The notes beneath the pieces were generated by a model, which had not been told where the DNA came from, did no database searches, and saw only the letters and a list, made by a program, of their open reading frames with translations. Both the position numbers and the translations under genes were made by a program. DNA of 64,000 bases from Candidatus Heimdallarchaeota archaeon (GTDB taxonomy: Archaea > Asgardarchaeota > Heimdallarchaeia > Heimdallarchaeales > Heimdallarchaeaceae), in contig JABCTC010000014.1 of NCBI GenBank assembly GCA_018238545.1, positions 15,933 through 79,932 on the forward strand. The letters run 5' to 3'. Below are positions 50,262-58,910 of the stretch, one piece after another; positions within the stretch are counted from its first letter, which is position 1; each line of letters starts with the position of its first letter.

Positions 50262-51785
50262 CTATAGCTCCTTTGGACCACGAATCACTTCTAGTATCAT
50301 CTTTTCAGTGTCTATTGGTTGAAAATCTGAAGTTGCCAATTTAATAGCTGAAGTTAGTAACTCTTCCGAAGAAGAATGGATCTCGAAAAGAGTATCGCCC
50401 TTATTGTATTTGTTTCCTCTTTTTACTTTTAGATGAACCCCTGCAGTTTTATCACTTGGAGCTCCAGCTTGTCTTGCAATAGCTGAAACTGCAGCACTCT
50501 CAACACCATAAACAACTCCGTCATCTTTTGCATATATTGCATCAACGTAGCTCGCAACGGGTATATCATCTACCTTGATATTCTCATCTCCGCCTTGTGC
50601 GCCTACTATCTCTCTAAATTTGGTGAGAGCTTTTCCACTTCTTAGAATTCCCTCTGCATACTCATATCCATAGCCTCTTGGGCACCAATTTTGAGCTTCT
50701 AAAATAATCCCTGATAAAGACAGAGCTTTTTTCATGAGATCATTACTGCCAGTTTGATCCGTTAAAATTTGTAGAACGTCTTTAGCTTCTAATGCTGGTC
50801 CTATCATGCTTCCAATTGGTCTATCTCCTGGACTAATTATACAATCAAGTTTAATCTTAAGTGCATATCCTATTGTGGTGAATAATCCACCCAATTCGTG
50901 GGCATTTTCTCTGTGAATGACCTTTGCCCCTTTCCCTGTTGGTAGATCTATTAGAACATATTCCGATCCCGCTGCAATTTTTTTAGACAAAATGCTAGCA
51001 ACCATGAACTCCCTTGGATCTATCTTTATTGTCTTTATAACAGATATTATCTTATCCGAGACATCAGCTAATCCTACTGTTTCTCCGTTAGCTATACATC
51101 CGCCAGTAGTGTCAACTACTTCTGTCATTTCTTCTAAGGTTAAATCACAAGGCATCAATAATTCAACGGTATCTATTGTCCCAGCCGGTGAGGTTATAGC
51201 TCTTGTTGAAACCTTAGGTATTGTTAGACCCGAAGCTGCAAGGATGGGGATCATAACTGGAGTTATTCTATTGCCTGCTATCCCTCCAATACTGTGTTTA
51301 TCTACAACTGGTTTCTTTTTAGGATGAAGAATCTGTGATGTACTAATTATTGCTTTTGCAACAGATGTTGTTTCTTCAAGTGATAATCCTTGAACTTGGA
51401 ACAATGACATCAAAACTGCAATTTGAGTTGGTTGCATTAGATTTTTGTCTATTAAATTAAAAATTGAAATAATTTCATCATCTTTGAGAGCTTCTCCTCT
51501 CATCTTCTTATGAATTAGGTGTATAATCCTTTCATTGGAAATTTCTTTAATAGAAATTTCATCTCCCTTGTAAATACCAAACTCAATAGAAGTTTTGCTT
51601 GATATTCCTAAGTGTTGCTCAGAGTAATTATCGCTTGTATAAACCTTCAACCCTATTTTATAAGGTGCTAATTCGATAAGTTGCCCGGGCATTATATCAT
51701 ATTTCTTAGCTAAATCAGAATTAATTAAAACATAGTTAGGCTCTGAATCTAACATCTTTTCGATTTTTACTGTAAGTTGTACCAT
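50262..51785 (-). CDS. deoA: AMP phosphorylase (archaeal thymidine phosphorylase family)
   Basis: VDKHSIGGIAGN, PKVSTRAITSPAGT, SILSKK.A.G, IDLPTGKGAK, IGPALEA, ARQAGAP. Confidence 0.92.
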   Translation of the reverse strand: MVQLTVKIEKMLDSEPNYVLINSDLAKKYDIMPGQLIELAPYKIGLKVYTSDNYSEQHLGISSKTSIEFGIYKGDEISIKEISNERIIHLIHKKMRGEALKDDEIISIFNLIDKNLMQPTQIAVLMSLFQVQGLSLEETTSVAKAIISTSQILHPKKKPVVDKHSIGGIAGNRITPVMIPILAASGLTIPKVSTRAITSPAGTIDTVELLMPCDLTLEEMTEVVDTTGGCIANGETVGLADVSDKIISVIKTIKIDPREFMVASILSKKIAAGSEYVLIDLPTGKGAKVIHRENAHELGGLFTTIGYALKIKLDCIISPGDRPIGSMIGPALEAKDVLQILTDQTGSNDLMKKALSLSGIILEAQNWCPRGYGYEYAEGILRSGKALTKFREIVGAQGGDENIKVDDIPVASYVDAIYAKDDGVVYGVESAAVSAIARQAGAPSDKTAGVHLKVKRGNKYNKGDTLFEIHSSSEELLTSAIKLATSDFQPIDTEKMILEVIRGPKEL

Positions 51786-51925
51786 AATTTAGCCTCACAT
51801 TTTTTATCTCTTAACAATTAAATGTAATGCTTTCAATAATAAAATTTCCTACTAGATGTATTTTTTGAAAAATATGACATTTCTCCCAAAAAATTCTTAT
51901 CCTTTGAGCACCATATAGATAAAAT

Positions 51926-52078
51926 ATGGAACATAATAAGGATTCATCAACCGAGAAAAAAGAATCAAAAAATGAAGAGAAACCCTTCAATTGTACTGGT
52001 TGTGGCTCTCCTTTGGATAAGTATGATGAAAGTTGCCCTAACTGCGAAAGATTGAATCCTAATTATGTCTTAAAATGA
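51926..52078 (+). CDS. 50-aa Zn-ribbon microprotein (not in ORF track)
   Basis: MEHNKDSSTEKKESKNEEKPFNCTGCGSPLDKYDESCPNCERLNPNYVLK*; CxxC-x10-CPxC. Confidence 0.75.
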   Translation: MEHNKDSSTEKKESKNEEKPFNCTGCGSPLDKYDESCPNCERLNPNYVLK

Positions 52079-52142
52079 TCAATAACTCTATACAAAAAAT
52101 TAAATACAACAGTTGACTTCACTATTCTGTAAGGTTATAAAA

Positions 52143-52325
52143 ATGGTAGACATTCCTTTGCCACCAAGTTCAACTGGTTCAAAAGATGAAAAATCAAATG
52201 CTACCTGTGAGAAATATGAAGAGATTATGGGAGGATATTGTAAGTATTTTATAACAAAAAGTGGAGAATGTATGGTTAAGTACGGTCTTTGTGATGGGTT
52301 TGGAGTTTTGAAAAAGAAATTCTGA
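52143..52325 (+). CDS. 60-aa Cys-rich small protein
   Basis: MVDIPLPP...CEKY...YCKYF...ECMVKYGLCDG; four Cys. Confidence 0.6.
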   Translation: MVDIPLPPSSTGSKDEKSNATCEKYEEIMGGYCKYFITKSGECMVKYGLCDGFGVLKKKF

Positions 52326-52332
52326 AAACTCG

Positions 52333-53175
52333 TTATCTTCTTATTAACTGATCTAAATCAGTACTTACTTCTTTTACGTTAGCAACAATTCTATTTTGAC
52401 CTAATCCTTTTGTTCCATCATCCTCGATAGTTGCAGCTGTTAAAAATAATGGTTTATAGAATTCTCTGATCATTTGCTTCCCGTCTCCTAGCAAACAAGA
52501 ACATGTACCTGTGTATTTGTCTCCATCAGTTCTCTTAACTCTAAAGAAACTAACATGATTTGCTCTCTCTCTCCAGATAATTAGATTTGCACTAAGGATT
52601 ATATTGTCTCGTATAATGTGACCCAGGAAAACGTTTGGATCTAAACCTAATTCATATAATTTACTGCTTGGAACTTCATCGAAGTTTGTAAGAATCATCA
52701 TCTTCGTATTCTTAGATAACTGTTTGTATCTTTCAAGTGGAACCTGCTCTGTTGATTCTTTAATTACAAAAGTATAGGACCTATCTCTTCGTAATGTATA
52801 TGCAGCTTGGTATTCTATCATTGCTGACGCAAGATTCAGTATGATTAGAGCTTCATTTTTGTTAAGTTCAAATTTATCAACAGACTGAACTGGTACTTTA
52901 GACTTCGAAAGTAAACTACATATTAAAACTCCAATCAAATCATGAGATAAAGATCCCGCTATAATACATCCAGATGGAAGAACAATTGCAGGTAGAGGGT
53001 TTAGTGGAACTCCTTTCTTCTCAGCTGTTTCCCTGCTCTTGTTAACTTGGTGCACTTTCACCTTTATTTCATCAGTCTTAAGTGCTCCAATAACAGCAGT
53101 TAAGAATTTCAGAGTAGGTATACAATGATTACAATTTTCCTCATGAATGTAAATTTCTATTTCCATAAGCCCCAC
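52333..53175 (-). CDS. Thioredoxin/glutaredoxin-like domain fused to a putative DICT-like sensory domain
   Basis: N-terminal CNHC and cis-Pro-like PLPAIV; C-terminal LASAMIE..A...ERYKQLS pattern. Confidence 0.55.
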   Translation of the reverse strand: MGLMEIEIYIHEENCNHCIPTLKFLTAVIGALKTDEIKVKVHQVNKSRETAEKKGVPLNPLPAIVLPSGCIIAGSLSHDLIGVLICSLLSKSKVPVQSVDKFELNKNEALIILNLASAMIEYQAAYTLRRDRSYTFVIKESTEQVPLERYKQLSKNTKMMILTNFDEVPSSKLYELGLDPNVFLGHIIRDNIILSANLIIWRERANHVSFFRVKRTDGDKYTGTCSCLLGDGKQMIREFYKPLFLTAATIEDDGTKGLGQNRIVANVKEVSTDLDQLIRR

Positions 53176-53250
53176 TAATAGATTCGATAATTTGAATAAG
53201 AGAGAATTAGATATTATTATTATAAAGATTACTGTTCTTTGATTGCTTTC

Positions 53251-54489
53251 TTACTTCTTCTTTGCATACATTTTTTCTAGATACTTGCTTTTTGCTAATT
53301 TAAGAGCTTCAAGGGCATGATTGAAACAATGCAATCTTCGCTCAGGAATAGGATCCCATCCTCTGCCATCGCTATTTTCAGCCATTAAAAGGTGCTTCCA
53401 TAATTCGTCATCGATTTCTTCTGGAGTTAATTGATTCATATACCATCTAGCTTCACAACATAAGCGCTCAAGTTTTTGATTATCTTCATCTTTGGTCCAC
53501 AAATCTAATCTTCTATCAGGAGCCCAACTCCCAGTTTTCATATAACCAATTTCTGATGGTTTGTTATTTTCTAAATATTTCTCAGGCAATATCATTGAAT
53601 TATTATCAATATTCGTTATTCTAATCAGAAGTTTCTTAAGAGATTCAGGAGTAATTAATTTTCCATCAACCAAACTTCTATATCCAAAAAATTCTATGTC
53701 TGTTCCGTATGGAATTACAAGACCAGGTTGTTTATTGAACCTTGAAATTATTTTTGTTACGTTTTTTATTGATAAAAATGGAAAGCCCATGAGACTAGCA
53801 CTTGTGAAAATCGACCAACTTTGAGGAACCCTTAAACCTGTAATTGTACCTTTAGCTCCTTTTATTTCAACGGGTTCAAACTTAGTATCTTTGATCATTT
53901 TTTTCATCCTTTTTATTGCCTTTCTAAAGAGTAATATTTTTCTAAATATTCCTTTAGCCTTTAAGAAATCAACAACGTAGTGAGTAGCAGAATAGTAATC
54001 AGTATTGTACAGGTTGGCGTCATTTAATAATGGCGAACTCATTTTGTATAATTCATCATCGATGAACATGTACGAGAAACCATATTCTTTCAGAATTTTT
54101 GGGAGCGTTGGGTCGTAAGCTAATTCAGGAAGCCAAAAACCCTTAGGTACATAATTCAGAGTTTTTTCAAGAACTTCAAGATTAAATTCTATTTGTTTAT
54201 TGATATCTTCAATTGGTAATAATGGAAAAATGGGGTGAGAGTATCCACATCCTGTTAATTCAAATTTCTCTTTTTTGATACCTTCTTTTAACAATTCTAT
54301 AACTTCAGGATATTCATTGTAAAGAATTTCAAGAGTAACACCTGTGAAATTTAGTACGACTGCAATGTTTGGAATTTCAAGAAGTAGGGAAAGAACAGGA
54401 ATATAGCTTTGTTCAACAACATTAGGAATCTCATCAACAGGAATCTCTGCATATTGGAGATTGGCATGTAATATTATAGTTGAATACAC
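53251..54489 (-). CDS. GH57 alpha-galactosidase
   Basis: HANLQYAEIP, YSHPIFPLL, GFWLPELAYDP, GTDIEFFGY, AENSDGRGW (Pyrococcus GalA-type motifs). Confidence 0.9.
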   Translation of the reverse strand: MYSTIILHANLQYAEIPVDEIPNVVEQSYIPVLSLLLEIPNIAVVLNFTGVTLEILYNEYPEVIELLKEGIKKEKFELTGCGYSHPIFPLLPIEDINKQIEFNLEVLEKTLNYVPKGFWLPELAYDPTLPKILKEYGFSYMFIDDELYKMSSPLLNDANLYNTDYYSATHYVVDFLKAKGIFRKILLFRKAIKRMKKMIKDTKFEPVEIKGAKGTITGLRVPQSWSIFTSASLMGFPFLSIKNVTKIISRFNKQPGLVIPYGTDIEFFGYRSLVDGKLITPESLKKLLIRITNIDNNSMILPEKYLENNKPSEIGYMKTGSWAPDRRLDLWTKDEDNQKLERLCCEARWYMNQLTPEEIDDELWKHLLMAENSDGRGWDPIPERRLHCFNHALEALKLAKSKYLEKMYAKKK

Positions 54490-54599
54490 GAGTCAAAACA
54501 ATAGATTGGACATAAAAAGATTTTGGGAGTAATTTACTGATTAATTTCTTCCTAATTATACGAAGATATTAAATAAATATAAGATAAATTATAATTCGA

Positions 54600-55556
54600 A
54601 TGACATCCCGTGAGATAAGAAAAAACCCATTTACAGGAGAATGGGTAATCTTTTCCGAGAAAAGGCAAGCTAGGCCAGACAGGAAAGAGGGTGAATGTCC
54701 CTTATGTGTAGGTTCTGAAGAAGTACCAAGTTTTACTAAACCTTTACGTTTAGATAACAAGTTTCCTGCTCTTTCGACAGAGGGAGAAATAAAACGACAT
54801 AAAATGGGAGAGTTTTATGAGAAAATGAATGGTTATGGAATCTGCCAATTAGTTGTTTATACTGATAAACATGATTCAGAATTTTTGTCATTATCACCAG
54901 ATAATATTATGCAAATCTTTGAAGTATGGATGACAGCAACTAAAGAAAATAGCTTGAACCCTTCCTTGAAATATATTCTGCCTTTTGAGAACTATGGAAC
55001 AGACGTAGGTGCAACACTAATTCATCCTCATGGACAAATTTATGCCTTCTCTTTTATACCAAATGAGATCAAAAGAGAATTTGACACAATACAACAATAT
55101 CGCGAGAAAAACAAAGAGTGTATGGTTTGTAATTATATCTCTGAGGAACTTGATAAGGATGTAAGAGTAGTTTATCACGATGAAAGTGTTATCGCTTTAA
55201 TTCCTTTTTACGCTAAATATGCGTATGATGTATATATTTACCCTAAACGGCATTACAATTTCCTACATCAAGGAACGAGAAGCGAATTCAATTTAATGAT
55301 TGATCTTTTACCAAAACTTATTACTGCAATAAATAGTATTTTTGAGAAAGAGGTAAGCTACTCCCTATCTTTACACCAAGCGCCTCTAAATACCAAAAAT
55401 TCTTCTTTTTACCATTTGTACTTCAAACTTCATTCGCCACAAAGAAACACTTCCTCACTCAAATTACTCGGTGCGGTCGAGACAAGTACAGGTACTTTCA
55501 TTAATGGAATCCTTCCAGAAAATGCAGCAGCTAAATTGAGAAAAATTATGATGTAA
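54600..55556 (+). CDS. galT: Galactose-1-phosphate uridylyltransferase
   Basis: R.NP.TGEWV....RQARP, CPLC, NKFPAL, FENYG..VGATLIHPHGQ. Confidence 0.93.
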   Translation: MTSREIRKNPFTGEWVIFSEKRQARPDRKEGECPLCVGSEEVPSFTKPLRLDNKFPALSTEGEIKRHKMGEFYEKMNGYGICQLVVYTDKHDSEFLSLSPDNIMQIFEVWMTATKENSLNPSLKYILPFENYGTDVGATLIHPHGQIYAFSFIPNEIKREFDTIQQYREKNKECMVCNYISEELDKDVRVVYHDESVIALIPFYAKYAYDVYIYPKRHYNFLHQGTRSEFNLMIDLLPKLITAINSIFEKEVSYSLSLHQAPLNTKNSSFYHLYFKLHSPQRNTSSLKLLGAVETSTGTFINGILPENAAAKLRKIMM

Positions 55557-55741
55557 TTAATTTCTCCTATTTTCCTGATTTTTGCAATACTAATTAATTA
55601 CAGATGAATTGTTATAATGACTAGACTGTTGTTGCGTTAGTCTCTATTTTTCTCGAAGTTGTTATCTTGGTTGGAATCTAAAAGAATCTTTATATTAATC
55701 TTATACCATAGTTGTCATTAGACAAAAATTGGAGGTCTAAA

Positions 55742-58700
55742 ATGAAATTTAAAACAATTATGGGTTCGACTTTAGTTGGTTTTACAATCATTCTACTAAC
55801 AATGAGTAGTACAGTTACACAAGCTCATATATCCTCACAGAATGCTAGTTCAAACCTCGAAGTAGATCCAATATTTATTGAAGAAATGAATATTATAGCA
55901 GGTAAAGATTCAGCTGCACTAGTACAATTAATTTTACTAGGTGCGAGCGCTCCAACCATTGCATCAAACTCACTATTCGCAAGTGTAATGAATTGGTTAT
56001 TTATTGCCTCAGATCAAGCAGATTATCTTCCATATCTTGTAAGAAGACCTTTCAGAGCTGCAGATAATGCAACATTAATTTTAGAAATTGATGGCTCTTT
56101 AGGTGCTACTGGAAGTCTTGCTCATGCTGTGCAATTAAGTATCCTTTTTGCAACATATTACGATGTAGGTTTGTTCTGGTCAGGAGCTGACAAACTTCCA
56201 AATAACAACTACCTATACTACTTTACAGGTGGTATGGAGAACACAATTTTTAATACTCTAATTACAGAGATAAAAACTGATGTTGGTACAGGTTTTGCTT
56301 CACTACTTGACCCAGCAACAGTTAGTGGTGCTCCCGTAAAAGCCGTTGTTATTGGTGAAGGGTTTATTGAAGGAAGAATGCTTCCTGTTCGTGGAGTTTT
56401 CTACGTAGATGCTACCGCAATTACAGGTACAACAACTTACACAATGTCAACTTTAGAGTTGTTTGGAACAGATGTAGTTGCAAAAACTGGTGTTGGGATA
56501 TACTATTCTACACTAAAATTCAACTTTCCATATACAATTAATCCTCTCGAAATATCCCCAAGAACAGATAATTTTGCCCCTCATATAACTGGAAAAATGG
56601 ATTGGTTGCTTAATGCACCTTGGCGATTAGCTAGACCAGCTCAAGAGTATTATGTTATTTTTGACATTAATCATGAAGCGTTGACTTCAGCTCCTAGAGT
56701 TTCTGTAAATATGGCATATGATCAAGACATGCTAAATAATGAAGGTCGTTTACAGATGGATTATGTTGTGACCAATACAGGAACAGAAAACGCAACCGAT
56801 ATTGATATAAGTTACCCACTTGGACCAGACTTTCTAGACTTTCTAGCTAGTAGGCCAAAAATGCCAACACTAAATCCAGATGTTGAAATCGATGAGACAG
56901 CATTAATCGTTATAAATGCAACAATCGATATTGTCATTGATGGTACATTAGGAGAAGCTGTAGAAGATCAGCATTTCAACCAAATTGCTCTAGTATTAGA
57001 GGGTTGGTATAGATGGAAAGCAAATGGCTCTTTGGTTGATTTTGATCCGCTTGTGACCGATGCTGTTGTGAAATCAGAAGTAGCATTTGTAGATGCAGGA
57101 TATGACGTTTCTGGAACTGTAACTTCAACTATAGCTCTACATTGTGACGATGGACTTTCAAACATACTAGTATCAGAATCTATCGCTTTTCTAGCTGATA
57201 TAGATATAGCTGATTACACACCCTCTCTTTTAACAATTAGTGAAATCTTAGCAGATTATGAAACTGAGCTATGGGGTGCAGTAGAAGCTACTGGAACTCG
57301 ATTATATAATTTACTATACACAGAGCAAACTATCTTTAATCCTGACCCAATGAACTTTACATTCTCTGTTCGAGATGTAGGAGTAATTGGATCTGATTCA
57401 TATCATGAGGAAGTTTTCTTAAGTACAACAATATTATCCCTAGCTCCCGGTGAATCAGTAAATGTCAGTTGGGCATTAGATAATATACCAGCTAAAGACG
57501 ATTTATTTGGAATCATGCATGTTGAAGTAATTGATAACGGAGATTCTACATTTGCAATTAAACTAAAAACAATTCAAAGAGATGGTTATGACTTGATGAG
57601 ATTGCTTTTCGGTTTAGGAGATCCAGGTGCAACATTCACATATAGTCGCCCACTCAGTTTCTATAGTCCATGGGACAACAACTGGATTTCAGTAGGTGCT
57701 AGATATAGTTATCTTGATGAACAAGGTTTCGAATATTATGGTTTCAGTAACGGTATAAACTTACAAATTGCCGATGATGAAGCTGTTCTTAATATCCATG
57801 TTTCATTAGATCAAACTGGTTACACAGTTGGAGACGCAACAACTGTAACTTATTCTGTTACAAATACTGGAAATCTTGCTGCTGAAAATGTCAAAATCTA
57901 TCTCTTCCATGGAAGAATGGGTAGCGACTGGCAAATTAGAGATGCTGAAATGTTCTGGTATGATGACGTTGGAACAGTTGTTGCTGGTGGAAGTTACGTC
58001 GGAACAGCTGATGTTTTCGCCAATTCATTCCTAGGAATTCATCCAGTGTATGCTATTGCAGAATTCGATACTGATGTTGGTCAAACCACAGCATTTATCG
58101 ATTTCGGAAACGGTTTAACTGCTTTCTTTGAAGGCGCAGCAGAAACTCACCATTTAGTATTATCTAATATGGATTGGGCTATGTTACTCCCTGACACAAC
58201 TAATAGAGAACCAGCATTCCCACAACCAATACTATCAATCGATGTATCTGTGTTATTCATCATCCCAGATGATGCTCCTTGGGAATTAGAGATTTCTATT
58301 ACTATCACCAACATTGGTGACGAGACTACTCACTTGACCATCTATCAGATATACAATGCAACTTCAATGGACTTATTGCACAAAGAATCCACTTTAGGTA
58401 GCATTGCTAATGATACAGCTTATGGATTAGGTGTTATTGTTTTCATGGGTATAACACTAGCTCCTGGTGAATCAGTCGAGATTACTATGCGATGGTTATT
58501 CCTAACAAGCAGTGGATGTTTCATTCCAGGAATTCGTATAGTCTATGATAGTAGATTTGAGAATGAACTGGGTGATGATCCAATGGGTGATCCTCCAGAA
58601 GCAGCTGTTATGTCAGCGATGAATGGTCAAGCTCAAGATAATGAAGATTGGGAAGACTATGGAGAATCAACATCAACAGGATCTTCAGCTGGTGCTGATG

Positions 58701-58822
58701 TCTTTACTGGTGGAGATAACACTCGTAGAACAGGATCATTTGATGCCATTTATTGGTCATTAGGTGCAATCTTCATTGCTGCAACAGTTTCAACCATGTT
58801 AAGAAGAAAACTTAAACACTAA
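55742..58822 (+). CDS. Large acidic cell-surface / S-layer-like protein with Ig/CARDB-like domains
   Basis: GGAGG RBS, signal peptide, repeated V/ITNxG and LAPGES motifs, C-terminal TM + RRKLKH. Confidence 0.8.
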   Translation: MKFKTIMGSTLVGFTIILLTMSSTVTQAHISSQNASSNLEVDPIFIEEMNIIAGKDSAALVQLILLGASAPTIASNSLFASVMNWLFIASDQADYLPYLVRRPFRAADNATLILEIDGSLGATGSLAHAVQLSILFATYYDVGLFWSGADKLPNNNYLYYFTGGMENTIFNTLITEIKTDVGTGFASLLDPATVSGAPVKAVVIGEGFIEGRMLPVRGVFYVDATAITGTTTYTMSTLELFGTDVVAKTGVGIYYSTLKFNFPYTINPLEISPRTDNFAPHITGKMDWLLNAPWRLARPAQEYYVIFDINHEALTSAPRVSVNMAYDQDMLNNEGRLQMDYVVTNTGTENATDIDISYPLGPDFLDFLASRPKMPTLNPDVEIDETALIVINATIDIVIDGTLGEAVEDQHFNQIALVLEGWYRWKANGSLVDFDPLVTDAVVKSEVAFVDAGYDVSGTVTSTIALHCDDGLSNILVSESIAFLADIDIADYTPSLLTISEILADYETELWGAVEATGTRLYNLLYTEQTIFNPDPMNFTFSVRDVGVIGSDSYHEEVFLSTTILSLAPGESVNVSWALDNIPAKDDLFGIMHVEVIDNGDSTFAIKLKTIQRDGYDLMRLLFGLGDPGATFTYSRPLSFYSPWDNNWISVGARYSYLDEQGFEYYGFSNGINLQIADDEAVLNIHVSLDQTGYTVGDATTVTYSVTNTGNLAAENVKIYLFHGRMGSDWQIRDAEMFWYDDVGTVVAGGSYVGTADVFANSFLGIHPVYAIAEFDTDVGQTTAFIDFGNGLTAFFEGAAETHHLVLSNMDWAMLLPDTTNREPAFPQPILSIDVSVLFIIPDDAPWELEISITITNIGDETTHLTIYQIYNATSMDLLHKESTLGSIANDTAYGLGVIVFMGITLAPGESVEITMRWLFLTSSGCFIPGIRIVYDSRFENELGDDPMGDPPEAAVMSAMNGQAQDNEDWEDYGESTSTGSSAGADVFTGGDNTRRTGSFDAIYWSLGAIFIAATVSTMLRRKLKH

Positions 58823-58856
58823 TTTTTCTTTCTTTTTCTTTTATTTTTATTCTTTC
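58823..58856 (+). terminator. Oligo-T tract, putative archaeal terminator
   Basis: tttttctttctttttcttttatttttattcttt directly after the stop codon. Confidence 0.5.
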
Positions 58857-58910
58857 GTAATAGCTGGTTTTAAATATTGATTTGTCGCTAGATTTCAAGA
58901 GTGGAATACG

